A DNA stretch of 64,000 nt from a virus: IMG/VR virus record IMGVR_UViG_3300032242_000920, positions 7,789 through 71,788 of that record; one strand, written 5' to 3'. Under the pieces are notes generated by a model that worked only from the letters and a program-made list of their open reading frames with translations, was not told the origin of the DNA and did no database searches. The translations under genes and the position numbers were made by a program. Positions within the stretch are counted from its first letter, which is position 1; the number at the start of each line of letters is the position of its first letter. Of the stretch, positions 10,101 to 19,091 are shown piece after piece.

Positions 10101-11231
10101 ACTTCTGGTCAGACTAAAACCGTCAACATCGGCACTGCTGGTCTTGCCGGGTCAACAACCAACATCACACTCGGTTCTTCTGTTGCAGGTTCGGTGAGTA
10201 ATACAACAATTAACGGACCGCACATACTTAACCCTGTGGGCACTTCAGCGGCTGCTTGGTCGACCAATGGTATTGGATTGGTTCAGTCCGCCGCTACATT
10301 TACAGATAATACCACTGCGGCAAGTGGCACAGTTAGTTCTGCTTACATGAATTATTTTGCACCACAAACATATGCGGCGACGAATACTGGTGTGACGGTT
10401 ACAAACCTGTATGGAACATATTTCGCCGCTCCTGCTAACGGTACAAACGTAACAGCAACTAACAAATATGCTATTGGTGCAGACAGCATTCTGGGGACGA
10501 ACTCCATTGCGACAGGTGCTGCTGGTTCACTGTCAGTTGGTATAGGCGGTGTAACAATTGGTGGTGGTGGCTTTACGTATTCGGGCGCTGCTACTAACTT
10601 TGCTGTTTCTGCACTCACTTCGGGATTGCTCACCTTGGGTGGTACTGCCGGCACAGGTACAATTACACTGGGTCAGTCTACTGTTTCTCAGATTACTAAT
10701 ATTCAAGCGGGTGCTACTGCTTCGGGTAATACCAAAACCGTCAACATCGGCACCGGTGGTCTTTCTGGTTCAACAACCAACATCACTATTGGTTCGTCCT
10801 TTGGCACCAATACAACAATCAATGGAACTACATCGTTTACTGGGCCTGTTGTAATTAATAATGTGCTTCAACCTGGTGTTGTTACCATTAATGCAGCCTC
10901 TGTTTCAACAATAACACCAGTAGCAGGTAATACAAACCACAACAATATCTACAATATTAATGCTACACCCACTATAAACCAACCTAGTGGTGCACCTTAT
11001 GCTGATGCTCAGAAACTAATGTTAAGACTAAAGGATTCTGGAACAGCAAATACTCTCACATGGAATGTATCTGTGGGTTCTAACTCGTCCACTACGGCTG
11101 GCTTTAGACCTATGGCAACATCTAACGTTGCATTGCCTTCTACTACAATTGCAGGTAAAGTCACATATGTTGCTTGTGTCTACAATGCTCTAGACTTTTA
11201 TTGGGATGTTGTCGGAGTGAGTAACCAGTAA
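7137..11231 (+). CDS. Long tail fibre protein (1364 aa) with internal repeats and C-terminal adapter domain
   Basis: N-terminal QMKRTSVSGRLP...GGLAVNFAD anchor motif; N/S/T/A-rich repeats; AATAAATA at 7093-7100 upstream. Confidence 0.8.
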   Translation: MANTHQYQMKRTSVSGRLPNTADPANTSYIPAGGLAVNFADQFVFVSNGSGLIQVGSHVSTLTTNSISFNDGSNAVVNSSLYTGTANNAVYLGGNLPNTYVSNAYLLSLNYVSNTQLTANLANYYPANNPAGYVNASAISTGTANNTNNFGGQAPSYYVSNTYLVSLNYVSNAQLASNLANYITNTAAYGVFAQNTSIYSTFAQNTAIYAYAASNAYVTNTYQTMSGLSANVLTLTANNSNYFGTQAPSYYVSNTYMQSLNYVSNAQLASNLSNYITNTSAYSTFAQNNSVYSTFAQNTAIYAYAAGNTSVYSTFAQNTSVYSTFAQNTAIYAYAAGNTYVNNTYAQNTAIYAYAASNTNVYNTFAQNTAIYSYASNATNITTGTLSAARLPYTLNQNVGSSDSPNFVNLVLSGNLSVGGSITTITANNLAITDNMLYLNNGVLANVTSLSANGSAIVFVANNNFAPTWSVTTLSITPESYNNTYTITAANSTTFTVASTVTDAFVSGGTARGKSSANPDIGFAAGYNDGTYHHTGFFRDHATGVWKVFDGYLPEPDNSVYIDQTNSSFNVANFMAGTLYAGNNSVSATVNSTFYSATANNANNFGGQVPTYYVSNTYMQSLNYVSNAQLASNLANYITNTAAYGVFAQNTAIYSYAASNTYVTSTYQTMSGLASNVATLTANNANNFGGQVPSYYVSNTYMLGLNYVSNTQLASNLSNYITNTSAYGVFAQNTSVYNTFAQNTAIYAYAASNTAVYSTFQTMVGLSANVATLTANNTVYLNGQLSSYYTNATNITTGTLPYAQLPANVVVWSNTNTFTANQTFSANVNVVNVYSTGTVNASSFTVGTSYTVNSTYQLTTGQMRIANAGISAASWSTSGIGLIQSAATFTDNSTPASNTVPTAYMNLFAPQTYAATNTGVTVTNLYGTYFKAPTAGTNVTATSIYAIAADSMYSAGAFFVGGAIVTSTTTTLCTSISTVTANIAAGATTSGQTKTVNIGTAGLAGSTTNITLGSSVAGSVSNTTINGPHILNPVGTSAAAWSTNGIGLVQSAATFTDNTTAASGTVSSAYMNYFAPQTYAATNTGVTVTNLYGTYFAAPANGTNVTATNKYAIGADSILGTNSIATGAAGSLSVGIGGVTIGGGGFTYSGAATNFAVSALTSGLLTLGGTAGTGTITLGQSTVSQITNIQAGATASGNTKTVNIGTGGLSGSTTNITIGSSFGTNTTINGTTSFTGPVVINNVLQPGVVTINAASVSTITPVAGNTNHNNIYNINATPTINQPSGAPYADAQKLMLRLKDSGTANTLTWNVSVGSNSSTTAGFRPMATSNVALPSTTIAGKVTYVACVYNALDFYWDVVGVSNQ
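7638..9089 (+). repeat. Coding repeat array in long fibre, including a perfect 87-bp direct repeat (7638-7724 = 9003-9089) and multiple FAQNTAIYAYAA units
   Basis: Direct comparison of the two segments; units such as gcacaaaacactgctatctatgcatatgc recur at about 7743, 8022, 8112, 8172 and 9357. Confidence 0.9.
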
Positions 11232-13165
11232 TGGCAGTAGCAGTAGCAACTATTACATCAGGAACTACTTGGACGTTTCCTGCAAACATGGATTCAACTC
11301 AACCAATTAGGGTAACCTGTATTGGTGCTGGCGGTTCTGGTTCTGCCGCAAACTCTACGGTTACTGGCGCATCTGGTGGTGGAGGAGCCGCATGGGCACA
11401 GTCTGTATTATCTGTACCTGCCGGTGCAACATCTGCAAATATCAGTGTAGCACCAGCACGAATCGGTGTTCCAGGAGGCACTAGTGCTGCTGGATCAGGA
11501 AATAGCGGAAGCAATACTTGGTTTAGTTTTGTTTCCGGCGCACCCGCAACAGTCACACAAGGTGTATTAGCAGTAGGCGGAGGTGGTGCCGGTAGCAGTA
11601 ATACTGTTGCAGGTATTGGTGGCTCTGCGGCTAGTTGTATTGGGCAAACCGTATATTCTGGCGGCAATGGCGGCACGGGATCCTATAGTGATGGTTCGAC
11701 TTTTGGTGGAGGCGGTGGAGGAGGTTCTGCCGGATCTTATTTTGGTAATGGCGGCAACGGCGGAAATGGCAGTAATGGTTATGGCGGTGGTGGCGGCGGA
11801 ATAACCGGTAATGGGTCAAATGCTGCTGCATTTCTAAACGGCACAGGCGGCTCTGGATATCAAAATACTGGAGGTGGTGCAGGCGGTCCTAACAATGGAT
11901 CAGCAAGCGGCGACACTGGGCTTGCAGGTGCAGGCGGCGGCGGAGGCGGCACGTTTGCCTCGACAACACAAGGTGGAACTGGTGGAATCGGAGGTGTTAT
12001 TAATGGTGTCGTAAATTATGGCGGCGGCGGAGGTGGCGGATCAAGTACAGGATTTGGTGGCCCGACAGGTTTTAGTGGTGGTGTTGGTTACGGCGCTGGT
12101 AGTGGTGGGTCTGGATTGTCAAATTCAGGAACGTATTTTAGTGGGCAAGGTGTTATCTTTGTTGAATACACAACGACACCTGGCACCAGAACAATTCTCT
12201 TATCAACACCTACCGGCACAGCAAATACATGGGCTATACCATTAGACTGTGATGTAACTAAACCAATACAGGTCACAGTGATCGGCGCTGGTGCTAACGG
12301 TGCGAATGCTGTTTATGGTACTGTTGGCCCAGGCGGCAATGGCGGTAACGGCGGTGGCTGGTCTCAGTCGAACGTCTCTATAACATCAAGTTCACAAATC
12401 TGGTATAAAATTGATTCTGCTGGTGGATCGGCAAATACGTGGTTTAACGTTGGTTCAAATGCTACACCGACTGTTGCAGCAAACGGCGCTCTCGCTCTAT
12501 CTGGTAGCACGAGTACGACCGGCGCAGTAGGAACAACAGTATATGGCGGCGGCGCTGGTGGTTCTGGTTATGCCGCAGTAAGAGGCGCTGGCGGTGGTGG
12601 CGGTTCTGCTGGTTCTTCTCTCGGTGCCGGTAAGTCTGGTGGTTCTGCACCATCAAACGGCGGCGGCGGTGGCGGCGGCGGCGGCGGTACTGGTAGCGCA
12701 GGTGCTAATGGTCTAGGTCCTGGTACCTATGTGGGCGGCGCGGGCGGCGGCGGATTTAATAACACCGGAGGAGGAACTGGCGGTACAGGAAACCCAGGTG
12801 GTACAGGCGGCAACGGTTCTTCTGGTGGCGCCGGTGGCGGCGGTGGCGGCGGTGGATCGACGGCTGCTGTAGGCGGCCAAGGTGGTAATGGTGCTGCCGG
12901 TACTGAAATCACATTGACTTCAGGATCTACTGTGGGTTCTGGTGGTGGCGGCGGTGGCGGTGGTGCGCCTGGTGCATCATCTCCTGGTAAGAACGGTGGT
13001 AACGGCGCCATATATGGTGGCGGTGGTGGCGGTGGTTCCGCATCGAATGGTGGTACATCAGCAGTCAACCCAGCAGGTCTTGGTGGTACAGGCGGCCAAG
13101 GAGCGATTATAATCACTTATACAGCGATCCAGAAAGGCTATAATGGTATAATGGGAATGTTTTGA
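11231..13165 (+). CDS. Glycine-rich adhesin/tail-tip protein with two tandem polyglycine domains
   Basis: Two units, each starting TW.(F/I)P...PI.VT.IGAG and ending G.G.I...YT, with long GGGGG runs; 1-nt overlap with the fibre stop. Confidence 0.75.
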   Translation: MAVAVATITSGTTWTFPANMDSTQPIRVTCIGAGGSGSAANSTVTGASGGGGAAWAQSVLSVPAGATSANISVAPARIGVPGGTSAAGSGNSGSNTWFSFVSGAPATVTQGVLAVGGGGAGSSNTVAGIGGSAASCIGQTVYSGGNGGTGSYSDGSTFGGGGGGGSAGSYFGNGGNGGNGSNGYGGGGGGITGNGSNAAAFLNGTGGSGYQNTGGGAGGPNNGSASGDTGLAGAGGGGGGTFASTTQGGTGGIGGVINGVVNYGGGGGGGSSTGFGGPTGFSGGVGYGAGSGGSGLSNSGTYFSGQGVIFVEYTTTPGTRTILLSTPTGTANTWAIPLDCDVTKPIQVTVIGAGANGANAVYGTVGPGGNGGNGGGWSQSNVSITSSSQIWYKIDSAGGSANTWFNVGSNATPTVAANGALALSGSTSTTGAVGTTVYGGGAGGSGYAAVRGAGGGGGSAGSSLGAGKSGGSAPSNGGGGGGGGGGTGSAGANGLGPGTYVGGAGGGGFNNTGGGTGGTGNPGGTGGNGSSGGAGGGGGGGGSTAAVGGQGGNGAAGTEITLTSGSTVGSGGGGGGGGAPGASSPGKNGGNGAIYGGGGGGGSASNGGTSAVNPAGLGGTGGQGAIIITYTAIQKGYNGIMGMF

Positions 13166-13182
13166 ACTTAAATATAGAACGG

Positions 13183-13190
13183 TATAAATA
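13183..13190 (+). promoter_or_regulatory. T4-type late promoter TATAAATA
   Basis: Exact consensus, intergenic before 13219. Confidence 0.8.
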
Positions 13191-13218
13191 ACATATAATT
13201 TTCAAGGAATATCAAAAC

Positions 13219-13656
13219 ATGAGTACAATTACAGTTAAAGATGGAAATGGTAATCCACAATCAGTTAATGTTCTTCCCTCTACAGGTCAGAACACAATGT
13301 CTAGCTCTCTTCCTGTAGCCTTGGCATCGGATCAACCAATCATTCAAGTTTATGATAATTCATATTCTACACATGCTCCTGCATATTATCAGGTCACCGC
13401 GGCCAATACAAGTGCATCTTTAGGTTCTCTTGTTGGTTCAATTCCTTCATGGGCTACCGCAGTTATACTTTTACCTGAAAATTGCTCTATTAGATATAGA
13501 GCAGATGGTACCGCACCGACCACAAGTATTGGTATGCCCATCAGTTCAGGTGCACCTTTTGCTATTCAAGGAAATACCGCACTCTCGTCTATTCAACTTA
13601 TTCTTTCAAGCAATGCAGCTATTGGCAACACCGTTTCGGTAGAATTTAGAGGATAA
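13219..13656 (+). CDS. Putative virion structural protein
   Basis: Late promoter and AGGA SD; IRYRADGTAPTTSIGMPI motif seen in phage structural proteins. Confidence 0.55.
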   Translation: MSTITVKDGNGNPQSVNVLPSTGQNTMSSSLPVALASDQPIIQVYDNSYSTHAPAYYQVTAANTSASLGSLVGSIPSWATAVILLPENCSIRYRADGTAPTTSIGMPISSGAPFAIQGNTALSSIQLILSSNAAIGNTVSVEFRG

Positions 13657-13660
13657 TAAA

Positions 13661-14602
13661 ATGGGTCTTTTATCGTTTGGTGGCATTGATAGTTTTATTA
13701 GAAATAAACTATCAGGTGGTGCTTCTGGTCAGATTTTATATAAAAATAGTAGCACATCAAATGATCTTGCCTGGATAAATGTTGCTTCGGTAGGAACAAC
13801 AATTTCCTCGCTTGGTACTGTAGGTAATAGCAGTATTACAACAAACATCCCTCTGGTTTTTGGATCGGTTCAAAAGGCAGAAGTTACAGCAAATGGTGAC
13901 ATATTTTTTCCTAATCCAACTACCGCTCCTGCAGGAACAGAATTGTCACTCTATGTAACTTCTACATCACCGGGTGGTTACAATATATCCTTTGATAGCA
14001 ACTTTATTGTACCTACCGGAACACAACTATCACCAATATCTGGTTCGATTGACGTTCTTACATTTTCGGTAATGTCAACAGGTGCTATTAGAACTTCAAT
14101 TTCAACTACATATTCAAGCTCTACACTAAATACTATCCTTACAGGGGCAGGTGCACCTGCAAGTACACTAGGTAATACTGGTGACATTTACATTAACGGC
14201 ACAACACTATATGGACCAAAAACATCTTATGGTGGTTGGGGCACAGGTGTTTCGCTGATCGGTAGCTTATATGGGACTAGAGTGACGACGGTACCTAATG
14301 CCGCAACAATTATTCCAAATATAACTACAACAGACATTGTCTCACAACTAAATACACAGACAAGTGGAACATTGACTATATATTCTCCCACTGGAACACC
14401 TATTGATGGTCAACGATTGTTGTTTAGATTAAACACTCAGTCCGCACTTACATTGAGTTGGGCAGGAAGTTATACTTCTAGTTTTGATTTACCTTTACCT
14501 TCAGTCACAACTGGTCTTGGTAAAACTGATTATATTGGTTTTATATACAATGGAGTTTCTGGATCTTGGCAATTAATCACTAGAGCCTTCGGAGGATTCT
14601 AA
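13661..14602 (+). CDS. Short fibre/adapter protein with two adapter-like domains
   Basis: GAGAPASTLGNTGDIYI...LYGPK hinge; C-terminal domain similar to the C-terminus of 7137-11231. Confidence 0.65.
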   Translation: MGLLSFGGIDSFIRNKLSGGASGQILYKNSSTSNDLAWINVASVGTTISSLGTVGNSSITTNIPLVFGSVQKAEVTANGDIFFPNPTTAPAGTELSLYVTSTSPGGYNISFDSNFIVPTGTQLSPISGSIDVLTFSVMSTGAIRTSISTTYSSSTLNTILTGAGAPASTLGNTGDIYINGTTLYGPKTSYGGWGTGVSLIGSLYGTRVTTVPNAATIIPNITTTDIVSQLNTQTSGTLTIYSPTGTPIDGQRLLFRLNTQSALTLSWAGSYTSSFDLPLPSVTTGLGKTDYIGFIYNGVSGSWQLITRAFGGF

Positions 14603-14603
14603 A

Positions 14604-16232
14604 GTGGCTACATATTATTGGGTAGGTGGTTCAGGAACATGGGATAATACGGCAACACATTGGGGTGTTTCTCCAGGCGGTTCTGGTGGTTATGGCCCGC
14701 CGGGCGTAAACGATGTTGCATATTTTACCAGTACTTATATTGCTAACGGTACATTAATTACCGTAGCAAATACAGCTTCTTCGGTTGCAAACGTTGTGTG
14801 TACAAGTAACTTTGGTGGAATTATTTCACTTGCTTCTAACTTAACCGTATCTGGTACATTTTTACATTGCGGTATTTTACGATTAAACAACAGTATACTC
14901 AACTGTAGGATATTTTCATCTATAAACGATAGTTATTATCGAATTATTGATACCAGCCAAGGTAATGGGCAAATTCAAGTAAGTGGTAACAGCGGCACTA
15001 TTGTACAGATGTCATCCATCGGGCAATTTACATACCCAATTGGAAGCCCAGCACCCATCATTAATTGTATTAGTGCAAGTGCTAATGGTAGAACAATACA
15101 AGTAGGTCAAACTATTCCACCTACAATGACTAATATATCTCAATTTGGTAATACTTATTTTAATGGACCACCATCAATTTCGGTATCAGCAGGAACCGAT
15201 TCTATTACAATTACTAATTATGGTACCATTCAAGATTTAGATCTGACTGGTTATACTGGAAGCTTTTTAAATAGATCATTTAGTGTGTATGGAAATATCA
15301 CACTTGGTCAGAATATGACTACAGGTGGTACCGGATCTTCTTCTGGAGCTGTAGTATCTTTAGTAGCACCATCAGGATCTTATACAGTTAGATCAAATGG
15401 TGTTGTGTTTCCTGGTATAATAACTTTTGGTTCAAATACAAGAACTACAGCAACTTGGTCTCTTGCTGATGATTTATCTACTACAACATATTCAATCAAT
15501 CCATCTGGATCATACGGTTCGGGTTTTAATCCTTATTATTATGTGAACATACAAGGTGGTACATTAAATGTAGGTAACAATAACATTTATACTCAAAGGT
15601 TTTTGTGTTCTACTGGTCAGTGTACCGTAAATATGGGTACTAAAACATGGTATCTTGTTCCTATTCCTAGTGTGCCAGTAGTTTGGGATACAACTTCTTA
15701 TAATCCAAGTCTTACACTTAATGCAAATACATCTACAATAAATGTAATAGCACCCTATACAGCTTCAGTAATTCCTAGTTTTAATTTAGGAAACTATTCA
15801 TATAACAACATTACATTGAGCGGGCCAATCATTAATAATGTTGTTTATAATCTTAATAGTTCAGGAAATACATTTATCAATAACTTCAGTTGTAAAGTTT
15901 TACCATATCCTGGCAATTATGCTTTTACTTTACAATTTTCTTCAAATTCTACTTTCACATTTAATACATGTGATATACAAGGTACGATAAGCGGTTTATT
16001 ATCTATTAGCCCTTCTGGATCCGGTAGTTATCCAGTATTATACTGTGCAAATGGAATAGCAAACAACAATACTGATGGTCTCAGTATAAACAATATAACT
16101 GCACAACCAAATGGTGCTCTTTGGTGTGTGGGATATAACAGTGCTCCTGCATCCAATTCAGCATCTACAACTGGTTTTATGTTTAGATCAAAAGCTTCAA
16201 CATGGCCTCAAGGTCTACAGTTCTTTTTTTAG
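14604..16232 (+). CDS. Putative beta-helical receptor-binding/tip protein
   Basis: GTG start; MATYYWVGGSGTWD...W motif; N/S/T-rich beta repeats; ends LQFFF. Confidence 0.6.
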   Translation: MATYYWVGGSGTWDNTATHWGVSPGGSGGYGPPGVNDVAYFTSTYIANGTLITVANTASSVANVVCTSNFGGIISLASNLTVSGTFLHCGILRLNNSILNCRIFSSINDSYYRIIDTSQGNGQIQVSGNSGTIVQMSSIGQFTYPIGSPAPIINCISASANGRTIQVGQTIPPTMTNISQFGNTYFNGPPSISVSAGTDSITITNYGTIQDLDLTGYTGSFLNRSFSVYGNITLGQNMTTGGTGSSSGAVVSLVAPSGSYTVRSNGVVFPGIITFGSNTRTTATWSLADDLSTTTYSINPSGSYGSGFNPYYYVNIQGGTLNVGNNNIYTQRFLCSTGQCTVNMGTKTWYLVPIPSVPVVWDTTSYNPSLTLNANTSTINVIAPYTASVIPSFNLGNYSYNNITLSGPIINNVVYNLNSSGNTFINNFSCKVLPYPGNYAFTLQFSSNSTFTFNTCDIQGTISGLLSISPSGSGSYPVLYCANGIANNNTDGLSINNITAQPNGALWCVGYNSAPASNSASTTGFMFRSKASTWPQGLQFFF

Positions 16233-16244
16233 GAAAGTTTAATT

Positions 16245-18305
16245 ATGAAAAGTCAATCTTCTTCAATTAAAACTCCACATACTTATATCGGCACTCAATA
16301 TGAAACAAAGGTTTGGTTGAGCCGTTGTAAAGTAAAACCTTCTCAACAGATAGTTGAGGCAATTGACTTTTTTATTGCTCAGTTAAAAGATGCTGGTATT
16401 CTTCCTCTTATGGATGCAATATATTTTCTTGCAGCAGACAATTATTCCGCTGCATTGACAAATCTTGTTCAGCCAGCTTACGATTTAATTGATCAAACTG
16501 GTGGTGGTAATGGCGGTAAATCCAACTTTGGTCCCGGTTCTGGACTTACTGGTGGTACCAATAGTGCTGGATACCAAATGAGATTTGATACTGGATTTAA
16601 TCCAAGTATACTAAACGGCCTTGCAAAATATTCATTAAATAATGCACACATGTCTGTGTGGTCTACAACGGCAACTTCTGGTAGTTATATTAGTAATACT
16701 GGACAAACCGATGTTATGGGAGCATATTCCACTAGCTCTGGAACTACTTTTCGTGGATCAATTAGACTTAACTCACAAAATACATTTTTTGCATATCCTA
16801 ATAGTAATATACTTGTTCAAGGAACAATAACAGGACCGCCTGGTCTTTTTGCTTGGACCAGAACAGATGCCACAAATGCTACTGTATTTAAAGATGGTTC
16901 ATTTATTACTGCTTCTTCACCAGTAACTGGTCTTCCTAATGAAACTATAAAAGTATTTTATGATGCAGGTGTTTATAATTCAGACCCTAATACAACTACT
17001 CTAATGAGTTTTGGTGCTGGATTATCAAATACACAACTGTCTGCATATTATGATGCTGCATCCCGACTTTTAATTTCAGCTGGTATTCTTAACTACGAAA
17101 GTTTAGAAACTGTTAATGCTCAACCAACACTTCCAGCATATTTTACTAATACTACTCAAGCTGTAGTAGCAGCAAACAATATTTCTGGATTTAGAGTTTA
17201 TCAACAAGTACAACCACCATCAAGTGATTCAACTACTGGTAATACATATCCGTATTTTCCTATGTCTGATGCTGCCACAGTACAAATTGAAAAATCATAC
17301 ACTGGATCTTTAATTAACTCAAGTCACTGGTTGTGGCAAATGAGACAAATTGTTCCTGTTGGTAGTATCTATAACGATAGACCAAATCTTCAACCACCGA
17401 CATCCTTCATTAGTGGTAATGCTCTTAAAAATGCAGCAGGACTTGATTGTTGGGTTAGATATAGTACACTAACTACAGCTATTGGTGCTACTGAATGTCA
17501 GGCAAGATGGTCATTAGGCTATCCTCAGTATGATCCTTTGGGCCGTAGTACAGATCCAATTTATATGGGTTGGGGTGATTGTGCAAACTATTATGGTCTT
17601 CCACAGCCGGTGCCTTATGATTACGCTGCTGGTGCAAATACTGCTACCTTCTTTCCTACTACATTTAGTACTTCAAATACAAAAAGAGTAAAAACATGTG
17701 CGGTTTGTACAGATCAAGTGATTCTTACTCCAGGAAGATTAGTTGATGTAAGAGGACCACAAAGAGGTTTGGCATTGGATTGTGAAGCTCAAGATGCCAG
17801 AACACCTGATGTTCTCTTAAATCAAATTCAGCGTCTTGCTGCAATTTGTCAAGCTGCAATATATGCACCAAGTGGTAAAGGACCTTATGAGTTTTGTGTC
17901 TATCCAAACCCAGTTGAGAATGCTGGTGCAATAAACACCGGATTTGATATTACAAATCTATATCAGATACACCAGACACCTGGTGTTAAGTTAGTTCTTA
18001 TCGCTTGGAAGAAAAATAAAACAACTGATATGGGTTTATCAATTGATAATCAAGAAAATCTACTTAAAGGTCCAAATGGTGACCAACCGATAAACTATAG
18101 TAATTTAATTCTTGGTGTTGGTATGGGAACAACAAAATATAAAGACTTAATGACTGTAAATGATGCAACCAAACTTAGATCCAGAATTGTATCTAGAAAC
18201 TATTCTGGAGTCTTGATCTGGAAAGATTATGGTGCTTATGGTGGTCTATTAACTTCAACATACAATCAAGTACTAGCAACAGTTTTGGGACTACCTACGA
18301 GTTGA
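16245..18305 (+). CDS. Virion-associated protein: N-terminal lectin-like part, C-terminal possible GH18-like glycoside hydrolase
   Basis: GLALDCE (cf. GH18 DxxDxDxE) and terminal YSGVLIW (cf. GH18 GG.M.W); last gene of the tail-appendage operon. Confidence 0.45.
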   Translation: MKSQSSSIKTPHTYIGTQYETKVWLSRCKVKPSQQIVEAIDFFIAQLKDAGILPLMDAIYFLAADNYSAALTNLVQPAYDLIDQTGGGNGGKSNFGPGSGLTGGTNSAGYQMRFDTGFNPSILNGLAKYSLNNAHMSVWSTTATSGSYISNTGQTDVMGAYSTSSGTTFRGSIRLNSQNTFFAYPNSNILVQGTITGPPGLFAWTRTDATNATVFKDGSFITASSPVTGLPNETIKVFYDAGVYNSDPNTTTLMSFGAGLSNTQLSAYYDAASRLLISAGILNYESLETVNAQPTLPAYFTNTTQAVVAANNISGFRVYQQVQPPSSDSTTGNTYPYFPMSDAATVQIEKSYTGSLINSSHWLWQMRQIVPVGSIYNDRPNLQPPTSFISGNALKNAAGLDCWVRYSTLTTAIGATECQARWSLGYPQYDPLGRSTDPIYMGWGDCANYYGLPQPVPYDYAAGANTATFFPTTFSTSNTKRVKTCAVCTDQVILTPGRLVDVRGPQRGLALDCEAQDARTPDVLLNQIQRLAAICQAAIYAPSGKGPYEFCVYPNPVENAGAINTGFDITNLYQIHQTPGVKLVLIAWKKNKTTDMGLSIDNQENLLKGPNGDQPINYSNLILGVGMGTTKYKDLMTVNDATKLRSRIVSRNYSGVLIWKDYGAYGGLLTSTYNQVLATVLGLPTS

Positions 18306-18312
18306 TAAAAGA

Positions 18313-18320
18313 TATAAATA
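18313..18320 (+). promoter_or_regulatory. T4-type late promoter TATAAATA
   Basis: Exact consensus upstream of gp13. Confidence 0.8.
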
Positions 18321-18346
18321 TCTAAAACAACAATAGAAAGAGTCAC

Positions 18347-19087
18347 ATGGCATTACCAACAGACAGAGAATCTTTTAAGCAATACTGCTTAAGAAGAGTC
18401 GGGGCTCCTGTTTCTCAGATCAACGTTGATGAAGATCAATTGCAAGATCGTATTGATGATTCTTTGCAGTACTATTGGGACTATCACTATGATGGTACTG
18501 AAAAACAGTATTATCGGTATTCGGTACAACCACAAGATATTACAAATCGGTACATTACACTTCCAGCAAACATTATTGGTGCTGTAGGTGTGTTTCCTGT
18601 TGGCTCTTCGTTGTCAACAAATAATCTGTTTAATATTCGCTATCAGATTGCATTGAATGATCTTTACGATCTTACTGCAACTACGATGGTTCCTTACTAT
18701 ATGGCAATGCAACACATTCAGTTGCTTGAACAGCTTCTTGTTGGTCAACAACCCGTGCGCTATAATCGTAGAACAAACAACCTTTATATTGATATGGATT
18801 GGAACATTGTTGCTCCAGGTTCATATATCATAATTGAAGCATATCAGGTCGTAGATCCTAATACTTATGCATCAGTTTGGTCTGATCGTTGGCTTCAAAA
18901 GTATGCAACCGAAATGATTAAACAGCAGTGGGGTATGAATCTAATCAAGTATACTGGTGTTTCGTTGCCGGGTGGTGCACAGTTTAATGCTCAAAAGATC
19001 TATGATGATGCTACTGCTCAGATTGAAAAACTAGAACAATCAATGATTTCTGGTTGGAGTTCTCCAGTTCCTATGATGATGGGATAG
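18347..19087 (+). CDS. gp13: Neck protein gp13
   Basis: YCLRRVGAPV.QINV...YHYDG...WG.NL.KY.GV.LPGG; synteny. Confidence 0.92.
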   Translation: MALPTDRESFKQYCLRRVGAPVSQINVDEDQLQDRIDDSLQYYWDYHYDGTEKQYYRYSVQPQDITNRYITLPANIIGAVGVFPVGSSLSTNNLFNIRYQIALNDLYDLTATTMVPYYMAMQHIQLLEQLLVGQQPVRYNRRTNNLYIDMDWNIVAPGSYIIIEAYQVVDPNTYASVWSDRWLQKYATEMIKQQWGMNLIKYTGVSLPGGAQFNAQKIYDDATAQIEKLEQSMISGWSSPVPMMMG

Positions 19088-19091
19088 AACC

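Noticed and set aside
9740-10830. Repeat pair as a possible DGR template/variable repeat
   Set aside because: Differences are mostly synonymous and not adenine-specific, both copies are coding, and there is no reverse transcriptase in the window.
11299-13116. Minus-strand polyproline ORFs (11299-11676, 12727-13116)
   Set aside because: Antisense shadow of the GGN glycine codons of 11231-13165.
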